DNA of 64,000 bases, from the IMG/VR virus record IMGVR_UViG_3300028840_001395, positions 248,001 to 312,000 of that record. One strand, given 5' to 3'. Numbering within the stretch: the first letter of the stretch is position 1; the number at the start of each line of letters is the position of its first letter. This document shows positions 17,888 to 26,510 of this stretch, one piece after another. A model generated the notes under the pieces. It ran no database searches. It was not told the DNA's origin and worked only from the letters and a program-made list of their open reading frames with translations. A program made the position numbers and the translations under genes.

Positions 17888-19333
17888 CTAGATGACGCGC
17901 CAGTCAGCGTTCGTGAGGCCCACCGCGATGTAGCGCCGGAATGGTGACGTGGTGCTGATGTAGATATCCCCGATCAGCGTCGGGGTCGTGACCCCGTTCG
18001 GGTTGACCGCTGCTCCGGACAGAATCTTCGGGAAGTTGGCGTCGATCTCGGTGAGTGCCGTCTCCACGTCGGTCGCGTTGTTGAGCCGGGTCTTGGTGTC
18101 TGTTCCGACGAGGGACGCACCCTCAGAACCACCCGTGGTCGAGCCGATCTCGGTCTCGGTGTAGTAGCGGTCGTCGTGGATGTGCTCGCCGCTCGCGTTG
18201 ACCACCCCACCGTTGCTCGTCAGGGTGTTGTACTCGGCAGAGGTCATGTGGTAGTACTCGCCGCCACCCGCAGGGGTGCCACCCTGCAGACCCGAGAGAG
18301 CGTTGTGACTGACGATGCTGCCGAAGCTCACCCAGGAGCCCGCCGGATAGGCGTCGTTGTACACGTAGGCCTTGTTCTCATCCTCGACCCACGTTGCGGT
18401 GCCCTCATCCGGAACCGTGAACTCCCAGCCGCTCCCACCGATGCTCGCGGGAATCCACTCCGCGATCTGCTCATCCTTGCCGTTCCAGGCTCCCGAGCCA
18501 CCCGCTGCGACGATGTAGCGGGCGTTGTCCACCGGAGCGAGAGGCGGCGTGTTCAGGCTCTGGGTGATGACCGACTCCTGCCAGTCGAGGCCCTGGATCT
18601 TCTGATCGACATACGCCTTGGTCGCCGCGTCTTGCGGGTTGAACGGGTCAACCACGTTGACGATCTTGTTGGTGTTCATGTCCAACTCGTCCATGATATC
18701 GACCTGGCCCGCCGTGGCGTTCGAGGTCGAGATCAGAACGAGGTTGTCACCCGCATCCGTGCCACCGTAGAGTGTCTGACCGCCGGATCGGCCCGCCAGA
18801 AGGGCGTACTGGGTGTGGTCGTCATCCAGGAGGGAGGCGGCGTTCAGTTGGCCGTGGTCGATGTCGCCCACGTCGATGAAGGAGTTGTCGAGCTGTCCAT
18901 TGGCGTCGAGAACGATGGGCTTCCCGGCGTCCCCCGCTCCCGCCGACGAGTTGATGAACTCGGTCTCACGGAAGTAGAGGCTGTCGTGGTGGTGCTGGCT
19001 GGACGCATCCCCGATTCCACCGTTGTCCGTCAGGTCATCATACTGGGTCTGACTCAGGTGGTAGTACTCGTCGCCACCGACCGAGGCCAAACCACCCTGC
19101 AGCCCGGCAAGGCTGTTATGGTTGCTCGTGCCAGCGATGGAGGCCCACTGGGTTCCGTCCCAGAGCAGGAAGATCTTGGATGTCGTGTTGTAGTAGAACA
19201 TTCCCGCCTGGGGATTGCCGGTGCCATCCCCATTGGTGTCCCAGTCGTTGGCCTGGACTTCTGCAGTCGCTGCCGCATCGTTGGCGTGCTCGCCCATGTA
19301 GTTCTGCTGCTCGTAAGGTGCGGTGAATCCCAT
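17888..19333 (-). CDS. Tail-fibre-like protein, family B (HxH repeats, DUF2793-like module)
   Basis: N-terminus shared with 13843..17862; two HNxLxGLQGG...EYYH...HxHDxxY repeats; QDAATKAYVD; RYIVAAGGSGAWNGK. Confidence 0.7.
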   Translation of the reverse strand: MGFTAPYEQQNYMGEHANDAAATAEVQANDWDTNGDGTGNPQAGMFYYNTTSKIFLLWDGTQWASIAGTSNHNSLAGLQGGLASVGGDEYYHLSQTQYDDLTDNGGIGDASSQHHHDSLYFRETEFINSSAGAGDAGKPIVLDANGQLDNSFIDVGDIDHGQLNAASLLDDDHTQYALLAGRSGGQTLYGGTDAGDNLVLISTSNATAGQVDIMDELDMNTNKIVNVVDPFNPQDAATKAYVDQKIQGLDWQESVITQSLNTPPLAPVDNARYIVAAGGSGAWNGKDEQIAEWIPASIGGSGWEFTVPDEGTATWVEDENKAYVYNDAYPAGSWVSFGSIVSHNALSGLQGGTPAGGGEYYHMTSAEYNTLTSNGGVVNASGEHIHDDRYYTETEIGSTTGGSEGASLVGTDTKTRLNNATDVETALTEIDANFPKILSGAAVNPNGVTTPTLIGDIYISTTSPFRRYIAVGLTNADWRVI

Positions 19334-19371
19334 CTTCGTTCCCCTTCCAGCCGTCCCTGCCTAGCGGCAGC

Positions 19372-19387
19372 TATTAGCAATCTACCG
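19372..19387 (-). promoter_or_regulatory. Class II promoter CGGTAG-N6-AATA
   Basis: Motif copy upstream of 19333. Confidence 0.5.
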
Positions 19388-19398
19388 AACTTCGGGGT

Positions 19399-20886
19399 CT
19401 AAACGACTCTCCAAGTCGTCCCTGGCCCCGGATCATCGATGTTCATGTACCAGCGCGTGTTGATGGTGTCCCAGTATCGCTGCCCGATCTCTCCATTCGT
19501 GACACCGTTCGGGTTCCCAGGCCCAGTCAGAATCAAGACCTGGCTCACCACCTGGAGAGCTGTAGCCGTATTCCCCGCCCCATCATCCACGCTCTCGGCA
19601 GCATCCACGATGCCGTCATTGTCGATGTCATAGACCGACTTGAGCATCACGTCCGGGTCTTGGACTCCGGCGATGGTGAGGAACAAAGTCCCGTTATCAG
19701 TCTGGTTTCCGGTCAGATGGGTCACGAACATCCGAAGTTCGGCCCCGGCATCCACGATGTAGGCATCGTTGGTGACCAGGTGCCCGACTTCGAGGTCAGC
19801 GTGTCCGCTCCGCGACCAGATGCCGAGAGCGTTCCCGACCGCAGGCCCAACCTCCTCGATGGTGTGGATATGACCCACGGTGGTTCCAGCTCCGACCCGC
19901 GACACGCCGGTCAGGAAGCCCGGCCCGGCTCCCGAAATGGTGATGGTGCCGATGTCAAGCTGCATCGTGCCCTGGTTGCTGGAATCATCCCCAACCGCGA
20001 AGCCGTTTTCTACCTCGATGCGACCGGCCTTGTAGAAAAGTGTCCCGTTCAAAGCCGTGTTCAGCGCACCAATGCCCGTTCCGTAGAGCTTGACGTGCCG
20101 GATGTCCGCCCATGAAGTCCCAGTTCCCATGAACTTGAAAACGCCAATATCATTCGAGACAATCTGACGCCCAAGCTCGATTCCGGCCTCATCTGCAAGG
20201 GTGATCGTCCCCGACAGAGTGGCGTCCGGGGCCAGGACTTCAATCCACTGGGATATATTGAGGTTCTCGATATATCTCCCGCCGTCGAGACAGACGATGG
20301 AGAAACGATTGCTCGTGGTGGGGCCTTGTGCAACAGCGGCGGTGATGGCTGCACTGAGGGTGAGCTTCGCATCGGCCCAGGAGCGACCGCTCTTGGCATC
20401 GTTGCCGTGCTTGCCGACGAAGATACTGTTCTGGGAGACCCATCCCGCCGTGGACGCGGTGCCGAGGATCTGGTTGCCCGACCGGATGAGGTAGTCGCCG
20501 TCCGCGATGTCCCCGATGTCGAGTTGAGTCGGCCCGCTGGTCTCGGTGACGCCGACGACGATGGGGTCAGGATAGGTTCCGTCAAGCTGCCCACCCGCCG
20601 GGCCAGTAGGGGTCGTGCTGATCGCGGCCAGAAACTCGGCGCTGAGGACGAACTCGTAGATGAGGTAGCCCAGGTCAATGAAGCCCTTGATCTTGCCTTT
20701 CTCGAAGGACAGGGCCACCTGGGTGGTGAAGTTGAGGTCGATGGTCTCGTAGGGCTTGATGTAGATTGGGCCGGATGTGAGTTGCCCGAACGCAGGGCCG
20801 TCCGTCGCCTCGTAGAGGTCGTCCAGATAGAGGAGATCTTCCTTGATCCCCGTGTGAGTCAGCCGCAGTGTGATGGCGGCAGGCAT
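19399..20886 (-). CDS. Fibre/spike-like protein, family A
   Basis: ITLRLTHTG N-domain; PTGPAGGQLDGTYPDP; IFVGKHGNDAKSG beta-helix cap; C-terminal GNPNGV..G..Y module. Confidence 0.65.
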   Translation of the reverse strand: MPAAITLRLTHTGIKEDLLYLDDLYEATDGPAFGQLTSGPIYIKPYETIDLNFTTQVALSFEKGKIKGFIDLGYLIYEFVLSAEFLAAISTTPTGPAGGQLDGTYPDPIVVGVTETSGPTQLDIGDIADGDYLIRSGNQILGTASTAGWVSQNSIFVGKHGNDAKSGRSWADAKLTLSAAITAAVAQGPTTSNRFSIVCLDGGRYIENLNISQWIEVLAPDATLSGTITLADEAGIELGRQIVSNDIGVFKFMGTGTSWADIRHVKLYGTGIGALNTALNGTLFYKAGRIEVENGFAVGDDSSNQGTMQLDIGTITISGAGPGFLTGVSRVGAGTTVGHIHTIEEVGPAVGNALGIWSRSGHADLEVGHLVTNDAYIVDAGAELRMFVTHLTGNQTDNGTLFLTIAGVQDPDVMLKSVYDIDNDGIVDAAESVDDGAGNTATALQVVSQVLILTGPGNPNGVTNGEIGQRYWDTINTRWYMNIDDPGPGTTWRVV

Positions 20887-20896
20887 TCAGGCCACC

Positions 20897-21250
20897 CTAT
20901 TCCGCACGTCGTCCAATGATACCCGTCTTCAACAGGATGGTGTTGGCAGCCTCCCCGAGGTATTCTTTCAGTTCATCGTAAGCATCGGGGTCACCCTCCG
21001 ACATCCCGATGTACTTCTGGGCCGACCGAGGAATCCGGAAGGCCTCCTCGAACTTGCGGGCAGGTATCCATCCCCGACTACCCTGCCGGGACAGTTCCCA
21101 GAAATACCGGGTGTAACGCCGGGCTTCCACCGGAATATCGGCGTCTTGAATCAGCTTGGTGAGGAGAGCCGCGACTTCATTCGCCGCCTGCTCAAGGAGG
21201 CCAGCCTGGATGAAGCGAGCAGCGACACGGCGAGCAGAGGGCGCGGGCAT
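20897..21250 (-). CDS. Small protein with N-terminal RVAARF motif
   Basis: MPAPSARRVAARFIQAG; AGGAGG RBS; class II promoter upstream. Confidence 0.65.
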   Translation of the reverse strand: MPAPSARRVAARFIQAGLLEQAANEVAALLTKLIQDADIPVEARRYTRYFWELSRQGSRGWIPARKFEEAFRIPRSAQKYIGMSEGDPDAYDELKEYLGEAANTILLKTGIIGRRAE

Positions 21251-21276
21251 ACCTGTACCTCCTGCAAAGGAGGCGG

Positions 21277-21292
21277 TATAGAGAAGCTATCG
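21277..21292 (-). promoter_or_regulatory. Class II promoter CGATAG-N6-TATA
   Basis: Motif copy upstream of 21250. Confidence 0.6.
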
Positions 21293-21601
21293 GATAGGGA
21301 AGCGCCCCCGAGACATATCCCGAATGATCCTCCGGGGGTTGCGGGGGTCATTTTGATGGGCAAGCCCCTCCAGATGGAGGGTCATCTGGTTCCAGAGCCG
21401 GAACTTGGCGGGCGGGGGAATCTCTCTGGCATCGGCCATCCGGCGTAGTTCGGCGGGGTCGGGCACCGCTCGACGGTCGCGGCCACCAGGAAGCAGGTTG
21501 GCGAACTCCAGGTCGTCAGCCGGGTGCCACCTGTGACGTGACATGCGCTGAAGGCGCTCGATGCGGACAGCCAGCCGTTGCAGGTCAAGAGGACTGATCA
21601 T
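21287..21601 (-). CDS. Hypothetical protein
   Basis: Start MISPLDLQ after GGAGGAG. Confidence 0.5.
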   Translation of the reverse strand: MISPLDLQRLAVRIERLQRMSRHRWHPADDLEFANLLPGGRDRRAVPDPAELRRMADAREIPPPAKFRLWNQMTLHLEGLAHQNDPRNPRRIIRDMSRGRFPIR

Positions 21602-22604
21602 CGGGCTCCTCCGTGGTGTCGTTGAAGAAGGAGAGGATGTCCTCATCCAGGCCATCATCGTCCGGGTCATCCCCCTCCGGAGGCTCGGAGTCCTCCTCCG
21701 GGGCCACGTCGGACTCCAGCGGGAACGCCGCCTCAAGCTGGGCGTCGATCTTGGCGAGGTAGTCGCGTCCGTAAGGCCCGTTCTCCAGGCCTTCGATGAG
21801 ATGGTCGGGGATGTCCTGCTCGATATCCGGGTGCTGCGAGGCTGCGGCCATCCCGATTGCCGCTACCGTGTCCACGTCACCACTCCAGCCCACGAACGTC
21901 CGGAGCAGCCCGCTCATGGTTCTCTTGTCTCCCCTGCGTGTGTTGAACGGCATCACCACCGCGTGCATCACGTTCATCGCGTCCGTGGTCACGGGGTTTT
22001 GAACGGCACACCCGAAGCTGGAGAAATCGTGGGCTCCGCACTTGCTGTCCATGTACTTGACCAGGTTGTCGTGTTGGGTCAGGTCGAATCCCCGGCGGCA
22101 GAGATGGGTCAGGAACGCCGCCCCACTGGCAGCGACCATCGCTGTCGGAGTCGCGTGGGTCAGAGAAGCCTGCCATGCGGCTCGGTCGATCACGAGCCTC
22201 TCGTCCGGCAGCAGGCCCAGGACGGGTGCCCGCATCGCGCCCCCGCACTTGGCACTGTGCGGACGCAGGCGGCGAAGTAGCTCGGTGCCGTCCTTGATCT
22301 CCATCAGGAGCTTGTAGAAGCCCCCCGAGTAGCCCGTCCGGGGGTCGCGCTTGAACGCTTCCACGAAGGCGTCGGCCAGGTTGAGCGTGGTCAAGGGCTG
22401 GCCCGACAGCATGAACTCCGCGAGGGCGAGCGACATCTGAGTGTCGTCGGTGTACATGCCGGGCTTGTGGTCGCCCTTGGAGAGCTGGTGGGGGTAGTAC
22501 TTCTCCAGGGTGTTGTGCTTGTCCACGAACTCCCTCGGGCGGAACTCGAAGCCCGCCCCGTAACTATCAGCGACAGCCATAGAGACCAGGAGTCCGTGCT
22601 TCAC
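21585..22604 (-). CDS. ADP-ribosylglycohydrolase (DraG/ARH family)
   Basis: AVADSYG, YTDDTQM, GGAMRA, LTH and GDVDTVAAI motifs; GTG start overlapping the upstream stop. Confidence 0.88.
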   Translation of the reverse strand: MKHGLLVSMAVADSYGAGFEFRPREFVDKHNTLEKYYPHQLSKGDHKPGMYTDDTQMSLALAEFMLSGQPLTTLNLADAFVEAFKRDPRTGYSGGFYKLLMEIKDGTELLRRLRPHSAKCGGAMRAPVLGLLPDERLVIDRAAWQASLTHATPTAMVAASGAAFLTHLCRRGFDLTQHDNLVKYMDSKCGAHDFSSFGCAVQNPVTTDAMNVMHAVVMPFNTRRGDKRTMSGLLRTFVGWSGDVDTVAAIGMAAASQHPDIEQDIPDHLIEGLENGPYGRDYLAKIDAQLEAAFPLESDVAPEEDSEPPEGDDPDDDGLDEDILSFFNDTTEEPDDQSS

Positions 22605-22783
22605 GATACCTCCGCCGGGGTGCAGACACCGGCCTCGATGAGACCCTGGGCCGTGCGACCGAACCAGCCCTGCAACTGCCAGCAGACGCCCGTGTCGATC
22701 AGGGTCTGCCACGCCTCGCGCTGCTTCTCCTCGTCGGCCTCGTCCACGCCCTCTGCGATCATAGTCGCGGTGAGCACGTCCAT
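22601..22783 (-). CDS. Small conserved phage protein
   Basis: AWQTLIDTG..WQLQGWFGRTA..LIEAG, a recurrent small phage family. Confidence 0.7.
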   Translation of the reverse strand: MDVLTATMIAEGVDEADEEKQREAWQTLIDTGVCWQLQGWFGRTAQGLIEAGVCTPAEVS

Positions 22784-22803
22784 CTCTCACCTCCGTCCTA
22801 CAT

Positions 22804-22864
22804 AGACTACTCTGTCGCGCCCCGAAATAAGACAGTCTTATTTTACCGCCCCCCGGAGTAGTCT
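22804..22864. promoter_or_regulatory. Back-to-back class I promoters (minus 22804-22832; plus 22836-22864)
   Basis: Both read TCTTAT-N17-TAGTCT. Confidence 0.8.
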
Positions 22865-22871
22865 AGGTGTG

Positions 22872-23972
22872 ATGGAAGCGCCGAAGATACATTACGACCA
22901 CTTCCTCGGGGTGCGACCCGAGGTGAGACGGGTCATCGCCCAAGCCCTGAATGGGGACATCTCCTCGCTGCAGCGGTCGGTGATGATCCAGGGCAGCTAC
23001 CGGCCCTCCCTGGCGATTTCCCTTCAGGCGTCCTACCAGTATGCCCACTGCGGGCAGCAGGTGTACGTGGTCGGCCCGAAGTATCAGCGCATGTTCGCGG
23101 ACACGCCCTGCGACCACATCCCCGACGTGTTCTTCAAGCTCCCGCACGACTGCTTCTACATCGCACTCCCGAACAGTGACCTGATGACCTGGGAACCCGA
23201 GTTCGGCTACCACCAGGTCGCGGGCCTCTACGTCTATCGGGCCACACCCAACGACATCCTGTTCATCATCTGGGGCAAGGAGAACGAGAAGGCCAAGGAG
23301 GTCGGAGACGACACCCTGTTCTGGCTGCGGTTGGAGCCGGACAAGACTCCGGCGACTGTGCTGGATGACGGGGTTCGCATCCTCGACCTCGACCAGCACG
23401 TCGAGGACATCATCTCCGACCGGGAGAACGAGGTCTCCGATCCCGGCCTGTCAACCCCCGATGAGAAGCGGCCCGAGCAGATCGAGTTGGCCCGCACCAT
23501 CTTGCGAATCGCCATCAATACCATCCTGCACCTGAACGGTGACAGCGCCGACACAGAGCGGGACACGAGCCGCCCAGCCCGGAAGAAGGCCAAGACGAAG
23601 GCTCTCCGAAAGAAGCTCGCCCGGAAGAAGAACCTCCGGGCGCGGGACAAGAGGAAGGCCCAGGTCAAGCTCGACTCGATGAGCGAGGCCATCGTCATCT
23701 GGCTTGGCCGGAAGATCGAGAACAATCCGAAGATCCGCGTGCCCCGTCGAGGGAACGGCAGTGGCGGAACCTGGCTGGCTCGCAAGGGCCACCGGCACCA
23801 CTACTGGGTCGGGAAGAGACACGTCAACGAGGAGGGCAAGCGGGTCGGAGAGCGCCTCATCATGAAGTGGGTCGCCCCCGTTTACAGGATGCCCGGCGAC
23901 CCGGACGCACCGACTAGAGAGCACCGATTCATCGGGGAAAAGGAGGACTACACCGACGCTCCAAAGGGGTAG
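22872..23972 (+). CDS. Hypothetical early protein (basic C-terminus with RKGHRHHYW..G...KWVAP motif)
   Basis: ORF directly after a class I promoter; start 22869 or 22872. Confidence 0.7.
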   Translation: MEAPKIHYDHFLGVRPEVRRVIAQALNGDISSLQRSVMIQGSYRPSLAISLQASYQYAHCGQQVYVVGPKYQRMFADTPCDHIPDVFFKLPHDCFYIALPNSDLMTWEPEFGYHQVAGLYVYRATPNDILFIIWGKENEKAKEVGDDTLFWLRLEPDKTPATVLDDGVRILDLDQHVEDIISDRENEVSDPGLSTPDEKRPEQIELARTILRIAINTILHLNGDSADTERDTSRPARKKAKTKALRKKLARKKNLRARDKRKAQVKLDSMSEAIVIWLGRKIENNPKIRVPRRGNGSGGTWLARKGHRHHYWVGKRHVNEEGKRVGERLIMKWVAPVYRMPGDPDAPTREHRFIGEKEDYTDAPKG

Positions 23973-23991
23973 TATCCCTGTGGAGGTCACC

Positions 23992-25170
23992 ATGCAGGTC
24001 GTGTATGCCCCCGAACGTCCGCCCGCGTCGTTCCCATCGTCCATCTTCCTGGCCGGGCCGTCACCCCGTCAGCCGGAGCACCCCAACTGGCGCATCGAAG
24101 CCCTCAAGCTCCTCAAGGAGATGGACTACGATGGGGTGGTGTTCGTCCCGCTGACCAGGGACAACCAGTGGGAGCACTCCTACACGAACCAGCTTGACTG
24201 GGAGACCGAGTGCCTCAACATGGCCGACATCGTGCTTTTCTGGGTGCCTCGTGACCTGGAGACCCTCCCGGCCTTCACGACCAACATCGAGTTCGGCACC
24301 TGGATGCACTCGGGCAAGGTCGTCCTGGGCTACCCCATCGGTGCCCCCAAGATGGGAGCCATCACCTACCACTCGATCAGGCTGGGCATCCCGACCGCCC
24401 ACAACCTGTCGGACACCTGCTACGAGGCGCTGGAACAGATCGGTGACCAGGGCCACCTCGTAGAGCGCACGGGTGGTGAGAGGGAGGTTCCCCTCCACAT
24501 CTGGCGCACGGCGAGCTTCCAGGCGTGGCTCACAGCCCAAAAGAACGCAGGGAACCGGCTCGACGCCGCCCGTGTCGAGTGGGTGTTCCGCGTCGGCCCC
24601 AAGGGGAACATCGTGTTCTTCTGGTGCCTCCATGTGGACGTATGGATCGCCGCCGAGAACCGGAACAAGACCAACGAGGTCGTGCTGTCCCGGCCCGACA
24701 TCTCGACCATCGTGGCCTACTGCAACCCGGACTCCTACCTGAACCTCGACAACTTCCTCAACATCGAGATAGCCATCGTCAAGGAGTTCCGCTCCCCCGC
24801 CGTGACCCCGGACGGCTACATCCGCGAGATTCCGGGTGGCTCATCCTGGAAGGACAAGGAGAACGCCGAGGACATCGCCGCTGACGAACTGAACGAGGAG
24901 ACTGGCCTGTCTGTCACGGGCGACCGCTTCAAGTTCATCGGCTCCCGCCAGGTCGCCGGGACGCTCTCGGCCCACCTCGCCCACACCTTCGCCGTCGAAC
25001 TGACCCCCGAAGAGATGCAACAGCTCAAGGATGACACGAGCGTCCACGGGGTCGAGGAGGACACGGAGCGGACTTACGTGGATGTGGCGACCATTCGGGA
25101 TCTGATTGGCCCCGGCGTGGACTGGGCCAACCTGGGCATGGTTTTCGCGGCTCTGATGAAGGACATGTGA
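23992..25170 (+). CDS. Nucleoside 2-deoxyribosyltransferase-like plus NUDIX hydrolase fusion
   Basis: N-half SIFLAGP..WR...WE...ADIVLFW...TTNIEFG; C-half EIPGG...AADELNEETG Nudix box. Confidence 0.8.
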   Translation: MQVVYAPERPPASFPSSIFLAGPSPRQPEHPNWRIEALKLLKEMDYDGVVFVPLTRDNQWEHSYTNQLDWETECLNMADIVLFWVPRDLETLPAFTTNIEFGTWMHSGKVVLGYPIGAPKMGAITYHSIRLGIPTAHNLSDTCYEALEQIGDQGHLVERTGGEREVPLHIWRTASFQAWLTAQKNAGNRLDAARVEWVFRVGPKGNIVFFWCLHVDVWIAAENRNKTNEVVLSRPDISTIVAYCNPDSYLNLDNFLNIEIAIVKEFRSPAVTPDGYIREIPGGSSWKDKENAEDIAADELNEETGLSVTGDRFKFIGSRQVAGTLSAHLAHTFAVELTPEEMQQLKDDTSVHGVEEDTERTYVDVATIRDLIGPGVDWANLGMVFAALMKDM

Positions 25171-26207
25171 TGGGCAACCTGCGGGTCATCGAAGGCGGGG
25201 GTGCCAGGCCGACCGACATGGGGTTGGCCACCTACATCTGGGTCACCCGGACGGGCAACATCGACTCTCGCACCAAGGTCGTCTCCATCGCCCAGACTCC
25301 CGAGGGCGACAAGGTGCCTATCATCGACCGCTGGAAGATGCGTGATCAGGTGCAGGCGACGGAGAAGTCGCGGAAGATGGGGGTCGAGGGCTGGGAGGAG
25401 ACCGAGGAGTACAAGGATGCCCTCGCCTACCAGGAGTTCGTCCTGAGTCCCTGCTACTACATCCCCGACCCCATGCGTCCACAGCCCAGCTTCATCGTGC
25501 TGTGCGAGGTCAGGACGCTGGAGGACAACCCGGACGGGTGGAACACCAGGGCGATCCTCCGCAAGTTCAAGGAGGGTGAGGCCCTTCTCCCCCACTGGGG
25601 CGTTCAGCAGCCCTTCCCCTATCTGGGGAAGGATGTCGTGGATGCGGACATGAAGGAGGAGTTCACCCTGGCCTGCTTCGACGCAGGCATCCGACTCCAC
25701 AGCGCCAACGACTTGTTCTACTGGATTGGCCCCCGGAACGTCTCCCAGGAGATCGATGCAGAGGAGCCTTGCTCCCTGGTCATCGCAGACCATGTGATTC
25801 TGGCCCGCTTCATCTACCAGCGTGTCCTGAAACGGCGAGGCCACAAGGTCGGAAAGGACGACTGGGGACACAGCGCCGTCTGCCTGTCCACTGAGAAGTC
25901 GAGGAGCAACCCCGAGAAGGTCAAAGACCTGGAGGTCGAACTCCACAACCTCCAATTCGCCAAACCTGGGGTCACTGTTGGAGGGTCGGAACAATACCGG
26001 ACGCTGCTCACCCAGTCCCGTGACCTGCGGGAGTGGGGGCATCAGATCACCAAGGAGATCTCGGTCAAGAACCAGGCCCTCAACTACATCCGCGTGACCA
26101 ACCTGCCGGGGAATGTGGACATCTATGAGGCCATGCACCGCATCCTTCGGGTGATAGTCGCCAGCCAGCCCAAACCCTCCGAGAACCCTGACTCCACAGA
26201 GGGTTAA
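25167..26207 (+). CDS. Degenerate glutamine synthetase type II-like protein
   Basis: YIW, SRTK, DPMR..IVLCEV, NTRA, ACFDAGI, IGP, DH..LARFI..RV are collinear with GSII, but catalytic residues are altered. Confidence 0.6.
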   Translation: MMGNLRVIEGGGARPTDMGLATYIWVTRTGNIDSRTKVVSIAQTPEGDKVPIIDRWKMRDQVQATEKSRKMGVEGWEETEEYKDALAYQEFVLSPCYYIPDPMRPQPSFIVLCEVRTLEDNPDGWNTRAILRKFKEGEALLPHWGVQQPFPYLGKDVVDADMKEEFTLACFDAGIRLHSANDLFYWIGPRNVSQEIDAEEPCSLVIADHVILARFIYQRVLKRRGHKVGKDDWGHSAVCLSTEKSRSNPEKVKDLEVELHNLQFAKPGVTVGGSEQYRTLLTQSRDLREWGHQITKEISVKNQALNYIRVTNLPGNVDIYEAMHRILRVIVASQPKPSENPDSTEG

Positions 26208-26510
26208 GGGGTCAACCCTAGAAAGCAAATGATCTTGGGCCTCTACGGGCCTGCTTCCGAACATTTCTCCTACTTCGCGGCCCGATAGGGCGAGAAACGG
26301 TCATCGAACCTCGATTTATCTAACTTCAGTACAAGGCGCTCATCTAAAGATGCGAAGTTCCAGCCCCCAGAAACTTGAAAGTTTCGGAAGGGGCCGATTA
26401 TTCGGGGTTTCAGAAGAGAGTGTCTGGTAGATGATAGGTGTCTTGGAGGGGTATCTAATCGAGGTGGAAGGGCCTGAAAGATGCCCTGGCAGCCCACGAG
26501 GGGCCGACAA

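Noticed and set aside
7581-20886. Diversity-generating retroelement acting on fibre genes
   Set aside because: No reverse transcriptase and no template/variable repeat pair with adenine-specific mismatches seen in this window
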